From assembly GCA_964016885.1 (NCBI GenBank), contig OZ024753.1, positions 21,080,001 to 21,144,000 of the forward strand: a DNA stretch of 64,000 nt. The letters are read 5' to 3'. This document shows positions 39,500-54,354 of this stretch, piece after piece (within the stretch, counting starts at the first letter, position 1; every line of letters starts with the position of its first letter). Under the pieces are notes generated by a model. That model did not search any database. It worked only from the letters and a program-made list of their open reading frames with translations, and had not been told where the DNA came from. Origin of the DNA: Eledone cirrhosa (Eukaryota). The translations under genes were made by a program, and so were the position numbers.

Positions 39500-40335
39500 T
39501 CACACACATGGGAGTCTAACCCATACCTCTTGTTTGCTGGACGAGTATGCTACCAATATGTCAATGAACACACCCAGATTTTTTCCATTACTTTTAGAAG
39601 CTATAACTTAGTAATATCTAAACAAAGAAGTATGTTTGGATCGTAAATATTCATTCCCTATTTCGTCAATAGCAAGCAAAATTTCATTATTTGGTTTTAT
39701 TTTATTTAGTATTGTTGTTTTATTACGTTCAGCAAGAGAAATGTTTATAAATGAATTAATTTCTCTCTGGAAGATTTTGTTGAGGGAAATTTTCAATTGT
39801 TTATACTTTTGATTATTATTATTATCGATAGTATTTTCCACAACAGTTGAGGCAGACTCAGATGGTACACGTAGTGTCAAATTTCTTACAGGCATAGTTG
39901 TTTCAAGGGACTGTTCGACCTGGTTGCTAGAAAGTCTAGTAGCATGGTGACCTGTAGCACATGTTGTTGATTGCATGTTTGTTCTGGGGGACTTACAATT
40001 AATAATATTTATGTTATTTTGACGTTCGACAAATGTCGCTTGCCGGCATAATTGTTTCGCTGTGAAATGATTTAGCTCTGGATGTATTTCATCCCAGTAT
40101 AGCTTCATTCTGTTCATATAGCCAACCAAGGGAGTGTTTTTTGTCATTTTATAACAATTGAACAAATCATCATTAAGTTCTTAACTCCAAAAGAAATGCA
40201 ATTTATAATTTCGGTTTCTTCTATAGCTACAACTGAATAAATTTTGTTTACCTTTCTCATTGCTTTTTTTTTTGGCAAATTGTTTTCATTGCTTGTGTTT
40301 GGTAAATTGTTGTTATTGATATGGCGTCTGGTCAT
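39500..40335 (-). mobile_element. Probable N-terminal remnant of an R4/Dong-like LINE
   Basis: GYMNRMKLYWDEIHPE..TAKQL.RQ resembles the N-terminal conserved block of this group. Confidence 0.5.
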
Positions 40336-40789
40336 GTTGTTTGTAACAAATGAATATATGTATTTAGTTAGATATCTCTATGAATTCGAATAAAAGGTGT
40401 CTTCAGTGGATATAGTTGGAAGAATATCCAGTTATTCAACATGACGAGTAGTTGTGGCATTACTGTCGGGGACAGTATTCATCTTAAATTTAATGAATAG
40501 TCTCCTACGCCAAAATGTGCGACTGATCGCGTTGACTTTCTGTTATGTATGTATGTATACATGTATGTATGTATGCATATATGTATGTACGTACATATGT
40601 ATGTATTCTTTGGTTGTCTATGTTGCTGCATCCTACATTTAAGTGGTGTTGGTGCTTCAAAGATGAGAGGCTTGGTTTATTATATTGATGTATGTCTCCT
40701 CCAAGATCAACTTCATCTTTCATCCTTATGGCATCGATAAGTAAATTACAAATCATGTTCTGGTTTCTATTTGTCTGTCTGTGTGTCCC

Positions 40790-41465
40790 TTTCTCATTTA
40801 TGCATTTTGGGAAGAAACACCCAGCGTTCACATTCTCCCTCCACAACACCAATCTCAAGAAATCTTGTGAACGTAATCTGTACATTATTCTCAACAGTGG
40901 TTGGCATTGGACGAAGTACATCTCTAAAATTGTTAAGAAGGCCAAGGGTGTCCTAGCATCACTCAGTAAGACATTTGTCAGTTGTTCTCCAGCTATTTAT
41001 TTAAAGCTGTATATAGCTAGGGTGCATCCACACTTAGAATTTGCATCAACAGTTTGGAACCCCTATCTTGCTCAGGACATTGACCTCCTGGAAACTGTTC
41101 AGAGACGTTCGACCAAGTGAATACCCTCCATCAGGCATCTACCATACTCTGAATGCCTTGCTTCTCTGGGCATGGATACATTAAAGCTCCAGCTTCTAGC
41201 AACTGACTTGGTACACATCTACAAAATTATTAACCTTTTTGTCAACAACAACGCCGAGCACTTTTCTGAATTCAATATCTCTAACTGCCATGGGCATGCC
41301 TTCAAAATCAGAAAACAACACAGCTTCTCATGACTTTCGGAAACATTTTTTTCACACTCAGAATTGCTGAAGCATGGAACCAACTACTTGCATCAGTTGT
41401 TAGCTCTCAGGACACTGCATCTTTAAAACTTCCATGCTTCCTAAAATTCAACAACACTACACCTG
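40790..41465 (+). mobile_element. CR1-clade LINE 3' fragment
   Basis: KLYIARVHPHLEFASTVWNPYL..DIDLLETVQRRSTK, then FF..RI...WNQL. Confidence 0.85.
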
Positions 41466-41555
41466 ATATTCTCTCTCCATACACACGCACACATGTATCA
41501 TGACTTATGCACTATTCCCATTCCTGACATTTGTACATTATTTTATGTACTAAGT

Positions 41556-41770
41556 GTAGTGGATTGGCAGTATCGGTAGAGGGCCAGACGCCATGCTTTG
41601 CAGTACAGAGTTATGGCCATTTACGTTATGAGTTCAAATCCCGGCGAGGTTAACTTTGCCTTTCATCCTTATGGGGTCGATAAAATAAAGTACCAGTCAC
41701 GCACTGGGGTCGATCTAATCGACTCCCCCCCCCAATTACTGGCCTTGTGCCTATATAAGAAACCATTATT
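41556..41770 (+). mobile_element. tRNA-derived SINE, longer variant
   Basis: Same head and core, plus GGGGTCGATCTAATCGACTCCCC; (TTA)n tail. Confidence 0.85.
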
Positions 41771-42253
41771 ATTATTCATTATGATGTTGTATCAAGACTA
41801 AAGTTCATGTGGATTATTCACAGTGACCCTTTGTCCAGAAGGCATGAAAGCTTGAGAGGTTAAGTCACCAACTTCTTGTAGAAAAACTAATATGCAATGC
41901 CAAACATCTAAGGATGGTAAAATATACAACATGGAATGATAATTACTATTTCAGTTAATTGATGATGAATTTTGAGGAATTTACTGAAATTATTAATTAT
42001 TTCATAACTCAACATATTGTTCATCTATAAAATTATATTAGAAGATTTAAATTCAAATTGGAACCTTTTAAAATGGGTGGTTTTGTTTCTTCGAGCCTGA
42101 GTTGCATTTGGGTGGGTGGAAGAGACACACTATATTAAGACTGAAGGCCTATAATGGTGATCTGTTAGGTTACTTGTGTTACTTGGTCATTTAAACGGCA
42201 CTGCAACTGCCATCCTGCAAGATATTGAAACAATAGTTGGTAATTATACATTA

Positions 42254-42570
42254 CAGTTGTCCTCGATTCATGAACAAATTGATTCATGAACAATTTTTCT
42301 GAACATAAATGTCTTGGGTGACAAATGATGTTTCAAGTAATGAACACAAGCCAGCAACAATGGTAAGCAACAAGCTTGGAGTATCAGCTGGAAAATATCA
42401 CTTGCTATGTAGTTAGTTACTATGGTGATATCTATCTGTCTTTCACACACAGTTTCACTGTATTTATCTCTCAACATTTTGTATGGGGAAAATAATTTTG
42501 GTTTATGAACATTTCGGTTGACGAACGGCCTTCAATGAATGAACTAAGTTCATGAACCGAGGTTCCACTA
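42254..42570. mobile_element. Tigger/pogo-type MITE
   Basis: TA-flanked imperfect TIRs CAGTTGTCCTCGATTCATGAAC and GTTCATGAACCGAGGTTCCACTA. Confidence 0.7.
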
Positions 42571-43120
42571 TAATTACCATGCAATATATTCCAAAACCTT
42601 CTTGTCATAAATAATAAAAATAACAAAAAAAAAAACAAGCAAAAATATCTACAAGAAACAAAACTTTTCTCTCCTAAATAACGTTTATAAGACTAGTAAA
42701 TAATAATTTCTAACTTAAACACAAAGCCAAAAATATTTGGGATAGAGAGTGATTATTAGACTCCAATATATGACTGTTACTTAAATGATCCTAGAAGGTT
42801 AAAAGACAAAGTAGACCTCTGCAGGATTTGAACACAGAATGTACAAGGGCAAAAAAAAAAAAACACAAAGCATTTTGTCCAGTTCTCTGCTGATTTCATT
42901 AATTCTCTTCCCTCCACAGGACTAAACAGCAGTGCAACACTTTCACAAAGATACTCTTCTCTACCTGTCAATACACTATCTTCATTTTCAGTTGTTAATT
43001 AAAATCAAAAGTTGACAATTAATCAGTTAATTAGTAAGGTATCAACCATCACCTAATTCTTTTGTTCTTAATCTCCAATCACCGTCATTTATATACTGAT
43101 AAAGCAGTCTCTTTATCTCT

Positions 43121-43180
<60 letters not shown>

Positions 43181-43183
<3 letters not shown>

Positions 43184-44440
43184 AGGCCCTCAAAAACAGC
43201 GGCTTCACCGAACAAATCAAATATTTACTTATTCCTCTTTCTAACACTAAACACCATAACAGGAAAAGAAAAATTATATGGTTTACACATCCTTTCTCTG
43301 TAACTGTTAAAACTAACGTAAGAAGAAAATTCCTCGAACTCTTAGACAAACATTTTCCCCAAAATCATAGATATAAGATATTTAATAGAAGTTTAGTTAA
43401 AATCAGCTACTCTTGCTGCCCATCAATAAAAAATGTAACTAGAGGAAATCCAGGATGCAGCTGCAGGATACCTGAAGAATGCCCATTACAGGACAAATGT
43501 AATACCAAATCTATTGTATATGAGGCCAAGTTGACACTGATTATTAATAACCAGCTAGCCAGAAGTGAGCGATATGTTGGCATGACACATGACAGATTTA
43601 AAATCAGGTATTATGCACACGTCGCTTCATTTAAACACCCTGAAAAAAGAACATCAACGGCGCTGGCATATAAAGTGTGGGAGTTTAAAGACAGTAACAT
43701 TCCATACTCTATTGGTTGATCAATTTTAGACCACTCAAGAGAATACCTAAGGGGCACAAAGAAATGTTCTTTGTGTACAACGGAGAAATTTAGAATTCTT
43801 CAAAACCTGAAAACCCCTCCCACTTGCCTCAACTCTAAGACCGAGATCTTCAGAAGTTGTCCGCACCTGAAATAGCACCCCTTTTATAGCTGGATTAATA
43901 CACCAACACTCACTCAACCACCTTGAGCTTCCTCTTTACATATTAACCCTTCCACTCACTACCAATATCATCACTTTGTGAACACTACATCTTACCCAGT
44001 CCATTATATAAACACATACTTTCTACCAATATATACATTTTTCTCCCTCATGTTTATTTATATATTTCATTTAAATTATACTTTTTCTACCATACTTCTA
44101 ACACATACACACCCACCACCTTCTTTCTGTCCTCTACCTTTACCCAGATCATTTATAACCACATACATTTATCCATACCTATGTACAAACATTTACTTTC
44201 CACCAATATTTGTACACCTCTTTTTTCTCCCTCACCTGTTATTTTATATTATATTTTTTAAAATGAGAGCGCAAGGTCTTCAAAATGTTTTTAATTAAAC
44301 ATACGGTATATCGCCAAATATACTATACATACATATATTTATATGATTCTTTGTATATCTATATTTATAAACTTTTGCGCATGGATCTGTGAGTATAACC
44401 TCACCCATATTGGAGTCCTCATTCGTTTATAAACATTTAC
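43181..44440 (+). mobile_element. 5'-truncated Hydra-type PLE (GIY-YIG, with stops) after (TA)n
   Basis: RKRKIIWF, HFP..KIFN..KISYSC, CSCRIPEECPL, SIVY..YVGMT..FKIRY..H, CSLCTTEK. End boundary approximate. Confidence 0.85.
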
Positions 44441-44574
44441 CTTAATTGTGCGTGTGTGTCCATGTGTATATTTACACCTACCTGCGTGTGTGTGTGTATA
44501 TATAGTTTATCTGCCTATATGTATGTACACATACACATGCACGTGTGTGTACATATATATATATATTTTTTTTT

Positions 44575-45320
44575 TTTCGCTCAAAATGAAAGGCAAACTA
44601 TATGATGTGTGTATACGAACAGCAATGTTACATGGTAGTGAGACCTGGGCGCTGCTGTGAAAGACTTGCGTAGATTAGAAAGAAATGAAGCCTACATGCT
44701 CCGATGGATGTGTAATAGTAATATACACGAACAGCAAAGCATAAATGAATTGAGAGAGAGACTGAGCATAAGAGGAATCAAATGCTGTGTGCAAGAGAGG
44801 AGATTACGTTGGTATGGACATGTGATGCCTATGAAGGATGACAGCTGCACTAGAAGTCGATGGAAACCGCAGAGTGGGGAGACCCAAGAAGACCTGGGAT
44901 GAGGTGATAAAAGCCCACCTTACCCAATTACACCTCTCAAAGGCGATGACACATGACCGTGACCTCTGGCGTCACACAGTAATACAGAAACCCGACCCCT
45001 CACGGGTACAAGCCAAAGCTGAAGCATATAGACAATATGCCCCACACCCTCCCACTGCAAAGTGGTCGTGGAGGTGCCACGGCAAAAAAGCACCCAGCCC
45101 ACACTGTAAAGTGGACGTGTATGTGCCACGGTAAAAAGCACCCAGCACTCACTGTAAATGAGGTTGGTGCTAGGAAGGGCATCCAGCTGTAGAAATCAAG
45201 CCAGAATCAGTTCCCGTATGAGCAAGACAAGGTCAGCCGACCGGACACTGCCCACAACAGGACAACCCGTCTAACCCATGCTAGCATGGAAGAACGGACG
45301 TAAAACGGTGATGATGATGA
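44575..45320 (+). mobile_element. RTE LINE 3' fragment
   Basis: [24 protein letters not shown] and (GAT)n tail. Confidence 0.88.
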
Positions 45321-45490
45321 TATGTGTATGTATATATGTATGCATATATATGTGTGGTGTAGATATATTGTGTGTGTGTGTGTATGTCTGTGTGTGTGTA
45401 TGTACGTGTTTTATGTCCTCACACTTTTATTGTGTACTTGTATTTGTGTGTGAACGCATATACACATATATATATGTGTATATATATATA

Positions 45491-46253
45491 TATAGTAGAA
45501 TAATCGAGTATCGAAAAATCGGCGCACGAGTTCACGATAAACAAAATTCGAGATGAGCGGCAGAGGGCTCTATAATTCAAATAAATTAGAGCTATAACTA
45601 TCGTTAAATACCGTCACACGTAGAATATGTCTACAATCAACCAAATAACCGATAAGTTCGATATGGAAGATTCGGGACACTCAGATAAATTATCAATAAA
45701 TCAATAAATGAAATGAATGTAAAATGCATACCCGGACCCACTAGAGAGATGGAATATCTAGCTTCTTGGGTTTCTGTAAATCCTTAAACCGTCATCTATC
45801 AGCTCATATAAAAATATAAGACTTACAGACAGCGGGGGACTGGAGTTACTTCATCAACGAGCTTCGTCCGAATGGATGGAAAGACAAGACCCAGGCTAAA
45901 AATACGCACATGGATTTCAGCAAGGGAGATAACCTTTATATCCGCAAAAATATTCGGAAAAGTGTGGCAAAAACACATATCGAATAAGAGTGCTCAATAG
46001 ACATGTTAAAATAAACAGGGGTTATTCATCATTTAATAGAATCGACAAAAAATGAACAATAAAATTAACTGGTCAATAGCTAAGTCTAGAGCTAAATATA
46101 GTAGAATAATCGAGTATCGAAAAATCGGCGCACGAGTTCACGATAAACAAAATTCGAGATGAGCGGCAGAGGGCTCTATAATTCAAATAAATTAGAGCTA
46201 TAACTATCGTTAAATACCGTCACACGTAGAATATGTCTACAATCAACCAAATA
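45491..46253. mobile_element. Non-coding element with 157-bp terminal direct repeats (606-bp period) in (TA)n
   Basis: 45491-45647 matches 46097-46253 with no mismatch seen by eye; (TA)n on both sides. Confidence 0.8.
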
Positions 46254-46475
46254 TATATATATATATATATACACACACTTATGTGCATGTACGCGCGTGT
46301 ATTTGTATGTGTATGTATGTGGGGTGTGTGTTTGTACGTAAGTTATGTCCTCTTCCTTATGTTGTGTACGTGCGTCCATATATTTTTGAATGTGTACGCA
46401 TAAATTATAATTGTATAAGCTTGTGTGGGTATGTCGGTGGCCATATATGTGTATGTGGGTGTATATATATATGTA

Positions 46476-49400
46476 TCATCATCATCATCATACGTCCGCT
46501 TTTCCCTGGTTGCAAGGGTGGGGGGGTCTTATTCAGCATAACATCTCTTCACTTGTCACGGTCCTTTGTCATCTCCACCGTGAGCTTCAGCAATCTGAGG
46601 TCCACCCATGTTTTTCGTGGTCTACCTCTACCACGTCTTCCTTCAACTGGCATTTCCTGGCACTTCTTCACCCATCGTTCAATCTCCATGCGCATCACAT
46701 GTCCATACCACCTCAGTCTCCTCTCTCGCACACTACATTCTATCCCAACACAGTTTCTCTCTCAACACATCCATGCTGGGTCATTCACACACATTGACAT
46801 TGCACATCCAATGGAGCATACTTGCTTCATTTCTCTCCAGCCATCGTATATCCTCTGCAGTTGCTGCCCAAGTCTCACTACCATGCAGCATCACGCTCCT
46901 CACAGGGGCATCACGTACGCAGGAAGAAACCCTTCTTCGTCAGCAAAGGAAGCAGCTCCCTAAACTTATTCCAACCCGTCCTTATTCTAGATACCATATC
47001 CTCGGAACACCCCCACCCATGCTAATCTGATCTCCTAGCTACCGGAAGGTATTAACCACTTCTATAGAACCCACCTGCATTTTAAAAATGCAGTCCTCTT
47101 GCTTCCAACTGCTATTTTCATAGCCAGAATTTATTCTCTGGCTCCTCTACTAATTCTGCTATTAGAACCAGATTGTCAGCATAGAAAAGTTCCCATGAAC
47201 AGCCAGTATTAAACTCCTCTGTTATGGTTCACTCTCAGTCCTCTTGCTTTCAACTGCTGCTTCCATAGCCAGAATTTATTCTCTAGCTCCTCTACTGATT
47301 CTGCTATAAGAACCAGATTGTCAGCATAGAGAAGTTCCCTTAAACTCCTCTGTTATGGGTTGGAGGACTATAATGAACAAGAGCGGGCTGAGGATCGAAC
47401 CTTGATGTACTCCTACTTGTATCTGGAATTCCTCACTAAACTCCATTCCTACCCTGACTTTACTGACAGCACCTCTGTACAAAGTTTGTACTGTCCTCTT
47501 GAGCCATTCCTCAACACCTAGTTTCCTTAGGGACCACCAGATGACAGATCGGCACAAAATCAAACTGCATCTCATCTAGTTTGAACCTTTCTCTAATTGT
47601 TGTGCTAATATCCTTTCTGCACACTTTCATAACCTGATCCATCAGTTTTATACCCCTATAATTGCTCCTCTCCAGAGCATTCCTTTTACCTTTGTAGCAC
47701 TTTATGAGAATACTGATGCACCAGTCTTTGGGTATGCTACTGCATATATAGCCTGATTGATGATGAGTGCAACCAGTTTAGTGCCTACGTCCCTTGATGC
47801 CTTCAGCATCTCAGCAACTATTCCCGACGGTCCAGCAGCCTTACCATTTTTCATTTCCTTAATCGCCTCTTGGACCCTATGTTCGTCAATCTCAATAGCT
47901 GGTCCCTCAGTCGGATCTACTGAGGGTAATTTCTCTCTCTCCCATTCGTTCTCCACAATCATCAGTTTCTCATAATGACATTTCCAGGCCTCCTTTTTTT
48001 GATCATTTGGCATCATTCCGGACAAATTTATCTCCAATAACATCCTGATTTGCATTGACACACTGCCTTGCAATGTGGAACACCGCACGTCTCTGATCTT
48101 CCCATCGCAGAACATTGGCAAACCTCCTACTCTCAGCCTCCCTGCGTGCTAAGTACACCTGACGTCTAGCTTCTCTCTTAGCGGCTGTATATCCTTCTCT
48201 ACTCCTACCCTTTTTCCAAGCCTTCCATGCTTCTTTCTCTATGCTTTCCAAGCCTTCCATGCTTTTGTCTCTAATGGCCCTATCTACCGTGCTGTTCCAC
48301 TACCAGGTCACTCTCTGTCTGGTTGGAGCTCTGCTCCAGCCACAAGTTTCATCAGTAGACTGCAGTAAGTTGTCACGTAAGAAATTCCAGTTATTATCTA
48401 TGTCATACGACTCTAAATCGTCTTCCTTTTCGTCATACACATCTTGAAGGGCTTTCCTAAATTTGGATTTTAGTGAAAGCTTCCAGACCTTTCTTCTCCA
48501 CACTTTCCTGTATGTATCATTCCGTCTCTTGCTTACTGAGATATCACTAACGACTAGCCTATGCTGTGGGGTACATTCTTCCCCAGGGTATGCCTTGGTA
48601 TTTGACACCATCTGCCTGTCCAGCTGCCAAACTAGTAAGAAGTCAATCTGGCTTATGTGCTCCCCTGATTTGTATGTTATTAGGTGGTTGGCAGGTTTCT
48701 GGAAGTTAGCGTTGCAAATGGTCACTGTACTTGCATCACAAAATTCAAGAAGTCTCACTCCTTCTTCATTTCTTGAGCCGTAACCGCGCCCACCATGTAC
48801 CCAAGTGTAACCATCCTGGAGCTGTCCAACATGACCATTGAAGTCCCCTGCTAGCATAACTATGTCTCCGTCCTCTGTCATTTCGGCTGTTTGTAAAAGT
48901 TGCTCGTAAAAGCAGTCTTTCTCTTCTTTACCTAGGCCTGCTTGGGGAGCATAGGCAGAGATAATTGTCAGTAGTCTCCTACCTACAACTAATCTAACCT
49001 TAATTATTCTATTATTAACTCAAACTATCTCTATTGCCTTATTGATCCATCTCTCAGCCAGGAAAATGCCTACTCCCCCTAACCCATCATACTTTCCTAC
49101 CCAGAAAAAGCTTATAACTACGATGTTTGCCTGCGATTAGTCTCGCAGAGGCACCTCTCTATCTTCCCTCTTGCACGCAGCACACATCCAAATTTCTTCT
49201 CTCCAGCATCTCTACTATTTCACCAGATCTACATGTGAGAGTGCCAACATTAAGACATTAAGTGTTGCAACTCTGAGATGCGACGTCTTGATATTTTTGG
49301 TGTTCCTTTTCCTGTAGTGTGATTCCTTGAAGACGGTCGGGGGGGGGGGGGGTTCTCGCACATGGCCGCACTAGCCACTCCACTGCCATGCGCAGCCCTA

Positions 49401-49610
49401 ACATAGTTAGTGCTATTGCTGTTTACGCAGTTATTGCGATATATATTTGTTGTGCTCATAATTGTTTTGGCATTAATACACTGGTTGGATGCCCTTCCTA
49501 ACACCAGTGCCATTTTACAGCATGGACTGGGTGCTTTTATTCGTTCCACCAGCACTAGCGAGGATGTCTTACTGGACTCATGTGCCCTCTCTACCCCTCC
49601 ATTTTACAGT
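46476..49610 (-). mobile_element. Near full-length decayed RTE LINE
   Basis: 5' UTR, APE (AGDFNGHVG, SQIDFLL), RT (GKAAGPSGI, GVHQGSILSPLLF, YADN duplicated at ~47090-47340), RRLRWYGHV and (ATG)n tail. Confidence 0.92.
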
Positions 49611-50053
49611 ATACAGTAACAATAACACTATTAATTGTTATTAATTAATGCAATGTATGTGCGTGAAGAATATTTTTAAAGTGAGGAAAAACTGTGCACT
49701 GAGCCAATCCCACTCTCTGAGCGACAGTAGCTATAACCTGAAAAGAAGAAAAGATCAACATCATCGGTAACTCTCCCAGTGGTTTAACTGCGCGATCGTG
49801 TATCCAGCCCGACTATTTCTATGTCGCCGCGAAAAAAAAAAAAATCACTTATTGACACTAATATGTACAACAATCACACACATACACACCAACACTCATG
49901 CATACAAACATACACACGCCACTCACACACACACACATACACACATACATATATTACCGTCGTTACTGATACGGGGTCGATAAAATAAAGTACCAGTAAT
50001 GCACTGGGTAATTGCTGGCCTTGTGCCTAAAGTAGAAACAATTATTATAATAA

Positions 50054-53000
50054 CTAGCAGAAGTACCGTCCCACGAGCGGTTTCCTGCTAGTATAGTTAT
50101 ATACGCAAATATATATGCACATAGATATAATACGTAAATTGATAATATGCACATAAACTGAACAAAGACTGTGTTACACTTACTTCTGTAATCAGTAAAG
50201 TAATCCATGATACATTTAAAAAAAAGGCGATAATGGAGATGGAAAAGCGATGAAACTGTTGACGGAAAATGTTCATGAATCTTCACTTGAGAATGTCGAT
50301 GGGAAGTTTCAAGCAGTGAATTTGAAAATAGATGCTGCTGGTATGAATGAATGAATTACATTTACCAATATGAAGAGTTGACCTTGCTATATTGTTGTTT
50401 TACTGTATTCACATATAGACTTCTTAAGTTTTTGTAGTGTCCCTTTTCTAGCAGTTAAAAAGTAACTAGAATGCATTTCAACTAAAAGAGAGTGATAGCT
50501 GTTTTACATCACTGTAGAATTTCTTTGTAGGCACAGTTGTCAGTAAACAGACCCCTTTCATTTAATATTTTTATATTTTCTTTTTTTGTAACTCGTGATA
50601 ATGCAACATACATCTGACCATGTGAGAAGAATTGTGTTGGTAGATAGACACCTATCTTTTCAAATGTCTGCCCTTGTGCCTTGTTGCATGTAAGGGCAAA
50701 GGCTGGTTTGACAGGAAACTGCTTGCGTGTAAAGGTGAAAGGGAACTCAAGCTCTTGAGATACATGCGGTATCCTTGGGATTAGCAACCTTGTTCCAGCA
50801 TTGGGACCCAATGAAACTTCAGCTTCAATTACATGATTATGTAAACTGATGATGATGTAGCGTGTATCATTGCAATGCCCGCTTAGAGGATCCAGATTTC
50901 TCAGAAGCACGATGCAACTGCTTTCTTCAGTTTAAGTATGTGTGTTGGGAAACCTTATGGGGTAAGTTTGTTGATGAACTCAATTGGATATTGCAGTTCA
51001 TTGCCTCCTGTATCACAGTTTCTGTAGATTCTTTAATGGCCAGGGAACTTGTTGACCATGAACTCATTCACCAATCTTGCTGCATCATTTGTTGGAGTGC
51101 AAGAAGGTAGTTTGCAAACTGTCTTTCATCAGAATCCTCTGCATTAATTAACCGTTGATTGGTTGTCATCTCCATGGTTTCCATATAGTCCCAGAGATAG
51201 GATCTCTTGATGGTTGCCTCAACTATTTGTGGTCCAGCACCATGACGTACAACTGGAAGAATTTGCTTTCAGTCACCAGATAGTAATACTGTTAGACCAC
51301 CAAATGGCTTTTTGCAATCTCGAACATCTTTGAATCTCCTGTCAAGGCATCAAAGATATGCTTATGTCCCATACCTATCTCATCAATGATTAGCACGTCA
51401 GCTTGCTGCATAAGTTTACCTGTGTCATCCCTCTTTGTGAAGAAGCAAGTTGATTCATCAGTCACATTGAGAGGAATCTTGCACTTGGAATGAAGAGTTC
51501 TACCTTTGTGAAGCAAAGTGGCTGTAATTCCAGATATGGCAGTGGCAGGTGCAATTTTTATTTTAGATCGGAGGAGGGAATCCAATATGATGTTTATGAC
51601 GTAGGTCTTTCCTGTGCCTGCACTTGAATTCAAGCAGAAAATTCTGCCTTCATTTTCATTTACAGAGGTGATTACTTTGTGAGATATAACCAGTTGCTCG
51701 GGATTCAATGTTGGCAGAAGTTCATTTATGTTTGCTTGCAGTTGATGTGTATTGAAATCAGTTTCTGCCATAAGAACCCTGTTGATTTCTGGTATGGCAA
51801 CAATAGTTGGATCTGGCCAAGGAAATCCATAGTTGGCATGAATGTCCAAGCCATCATGTTGAAGTCTTTGTTGGATCTTCTGTAGAACAATCTGCACGGT
51901 TTGCATGGACATGACTTGCTCATGACGTTCATGCATGATATCCTCTGCAAGACAATTCTTCCATTTCTCCCAGAACTGCAGAGGGTCATTTGGCATGCTG
52001 TACAATAAAATGGTACAGAAGATCTCTCACAGCTGAGGAGCAAGCGTAATAGATGAGGCCTCTTCCATAGCTTTGTCTTTTTCTCCTTCTTCATCTAACA
52101 GACCAAGTTTCCTGCATGCTTCTTGGAATGTTGGAAATTCAACAATTGTCCTCAAATCTTTGTATGAAGTTGATCTAGCCTTGTGATGTAGGATCATCCT
52201 GAGGTAATATAATTCAGATTGATGTCTACTGAGAGATACTGTTGGAATGCGTCCAAGAGATTCACTCATAAATTGTTGATCACCATCCAGATGTCCCTTT
52301 TTTCTTCTTTGCCACTTTTTGTTTATCCAAGTGAAATATTTAGGAATATCAATATACAATATGTTTTGTGCCAGTGGGTCTCTAATATTCAGTTGAAAAT
52401 ATTCCGTCAACTTAGTCATTGGCTGTCCCCTAGAAACAATACTTTCTTCCTGCCATCGCTCATACACGACCATTCGTTCCCCAGGTAAATGGCAAGGCAA
52501 CCTTTCAACTGGCGGTTTTCGATGATGTAATGGAAATTTATATATTCTCCAGAATGCTTCACTGGCTGAGATGTACCGTGCATTGATATAGGTCCCAATC
52601 TCATTTTGGGCATGGACAAAATTTGTTTGATCATCCTTAATAGTGAAAGTGATCTTCTCTGATCCTTTTGTGATGTACTTATATAAGTACTTAACAGCCT
52701 TGACACTGCAGACAACCTCACAATTGATGTGCACTGATATCTCAATGATAGGAAAGAGTTGTATGGAACAATCCAACGATTATCAACAGTAAATTCTTGA
52801 TCTTTAAGTTGGATTGTATGGGTGTGACCACCATGCTGTCTATCCCTTCTTCTATACTCCAAAAAGGAATTTTCGGCAACAAATGTGGTTTGTCTGAATG
52901 CCTTGGGATAACTTTTTGAGCAATGGCGTTGTTGTCCTAGCCCTTAGATACATGAGCACATCATATTAGCTTGTCCACATGGGCCATGAATGTTGCAGGA

Positions 53001-53400
53001 TGTGATGATCTTATGCAGAATTGGATTGGTCTCTTTATCAGGAAACTCACAGTACACTACCTGTTCAATGGCATCAGCAGTTTTGGGCTTGCTATCTTCA
53101 GCTATTATCAGCAGAATATGAGCATGAGTGAGGCCTCGTTTTCTGCCACTCTATTGTAGCAGAATGAGCCATTTTCCTAGGACATTTTTTTCCGTATGTC
53201 ATACTTGATCTTGAAGACTGTTGCACAAATATCAGGACGGTCTCTAGGTTCTTCACCAGGGTGCAAACTATTTTTATTTCATCCCATTAGGGTTAGTTGT
53301 TACTGTGAGTGCTTTCCCATGTGTCGAACCAGTCATCGAATTCTAAAAGTACTCACTGTAGAAGCGAGGGGAACCATAGATTGAAGGAGGAAGAACAATC
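50054..53400 (-). mobile_element. Helitron with frameshifted Rep/Pif1 helicase; 3' hairpin and CTAG at 50054
   Basis: HUH motif IEWQKRGLTHAHILL, KYLYKYITKG, SAGTGKT, IIDEIGM, NKAQGQT and HGQMYVALSR. 5' end not resolved. Confidence 0.92.
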
Positions 53401-54160
53401 TCTGGCTTGCACTTGTTTCAGACGTTAGGCTGTGCCCATGCTTAAAGGATTTTCTTGACCTCAATTCCAGTAAATATATTGTAAAATCTAGTACTTATTT
53501 TATTGATATCTTCTATTCTCTTTGAAACGTGTGTGTGTCTATGTATTCATATGTATAATGCGATGAGGATTCTTCCAGCTAGGTTTCTCAAATGGAACTG
53601 CCTGAAATTAAGGTGAGAGTGTCTGAGCATTCCATACACACGTATAACGGAGGGTTTCAGGGTGAGACTATATTGGTTCTTCGACTTACTGGCAGAGTAC
53701 ACTTTTTTTACTTCAGTGGAGAGAAGAAAGACGAAATAAAGTGTCTTGCTCAAGAACACAACGCACTGATGGGATTCTAACTGTTAACATTACAATCACG
53801 AGACACACACACACAGACATAAACGCACACACATATATGCACACATACACAGATACAGTAACACACATATGCACACACACACGTAAGCAAACAGATACAC
53901 ACACACAGATACACTCATATACACACATATAAACACACCACACATACATATATATATATATATATACGTGTGAGTGAGTCTATGTACTTATATAATGTTA
54001 AAAAGAATATACACATGTGGATTGAATCATTGGTACTGTAGTAAATTATCCTTTCCTTATTTCCACATCTTCACATACATACAGCCACATATACAGATAA
54101 CCACACTATAGTCTATCTTTCTATCTACCTACCTATGTATCGATCTACCTGCCAACCTAC

Positions 54161-54192
<32 letters not shown>

Positions 54193-54354
54193 AATATACC
54201 TACTCTAGAGAGTGTGTTCGTTAGATGTATAATTGCATTTCAAGAATTACGAAGAATTTGCAAGTTACTTCATCCGGGGAGGATTAATAATAGCTTCACT
54301 AACCTCGGAAGACTATGTGTGTGCCGTATGTAGGTGTGTCTCTCTATATATATA

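Noticed and set aside
42169-42239. AG/GT-bounded segment reading LLVLLGHLNGTATAILQDIETIV
   Set aside because: Weak acceptor, no recognisable homology and no partner exons.
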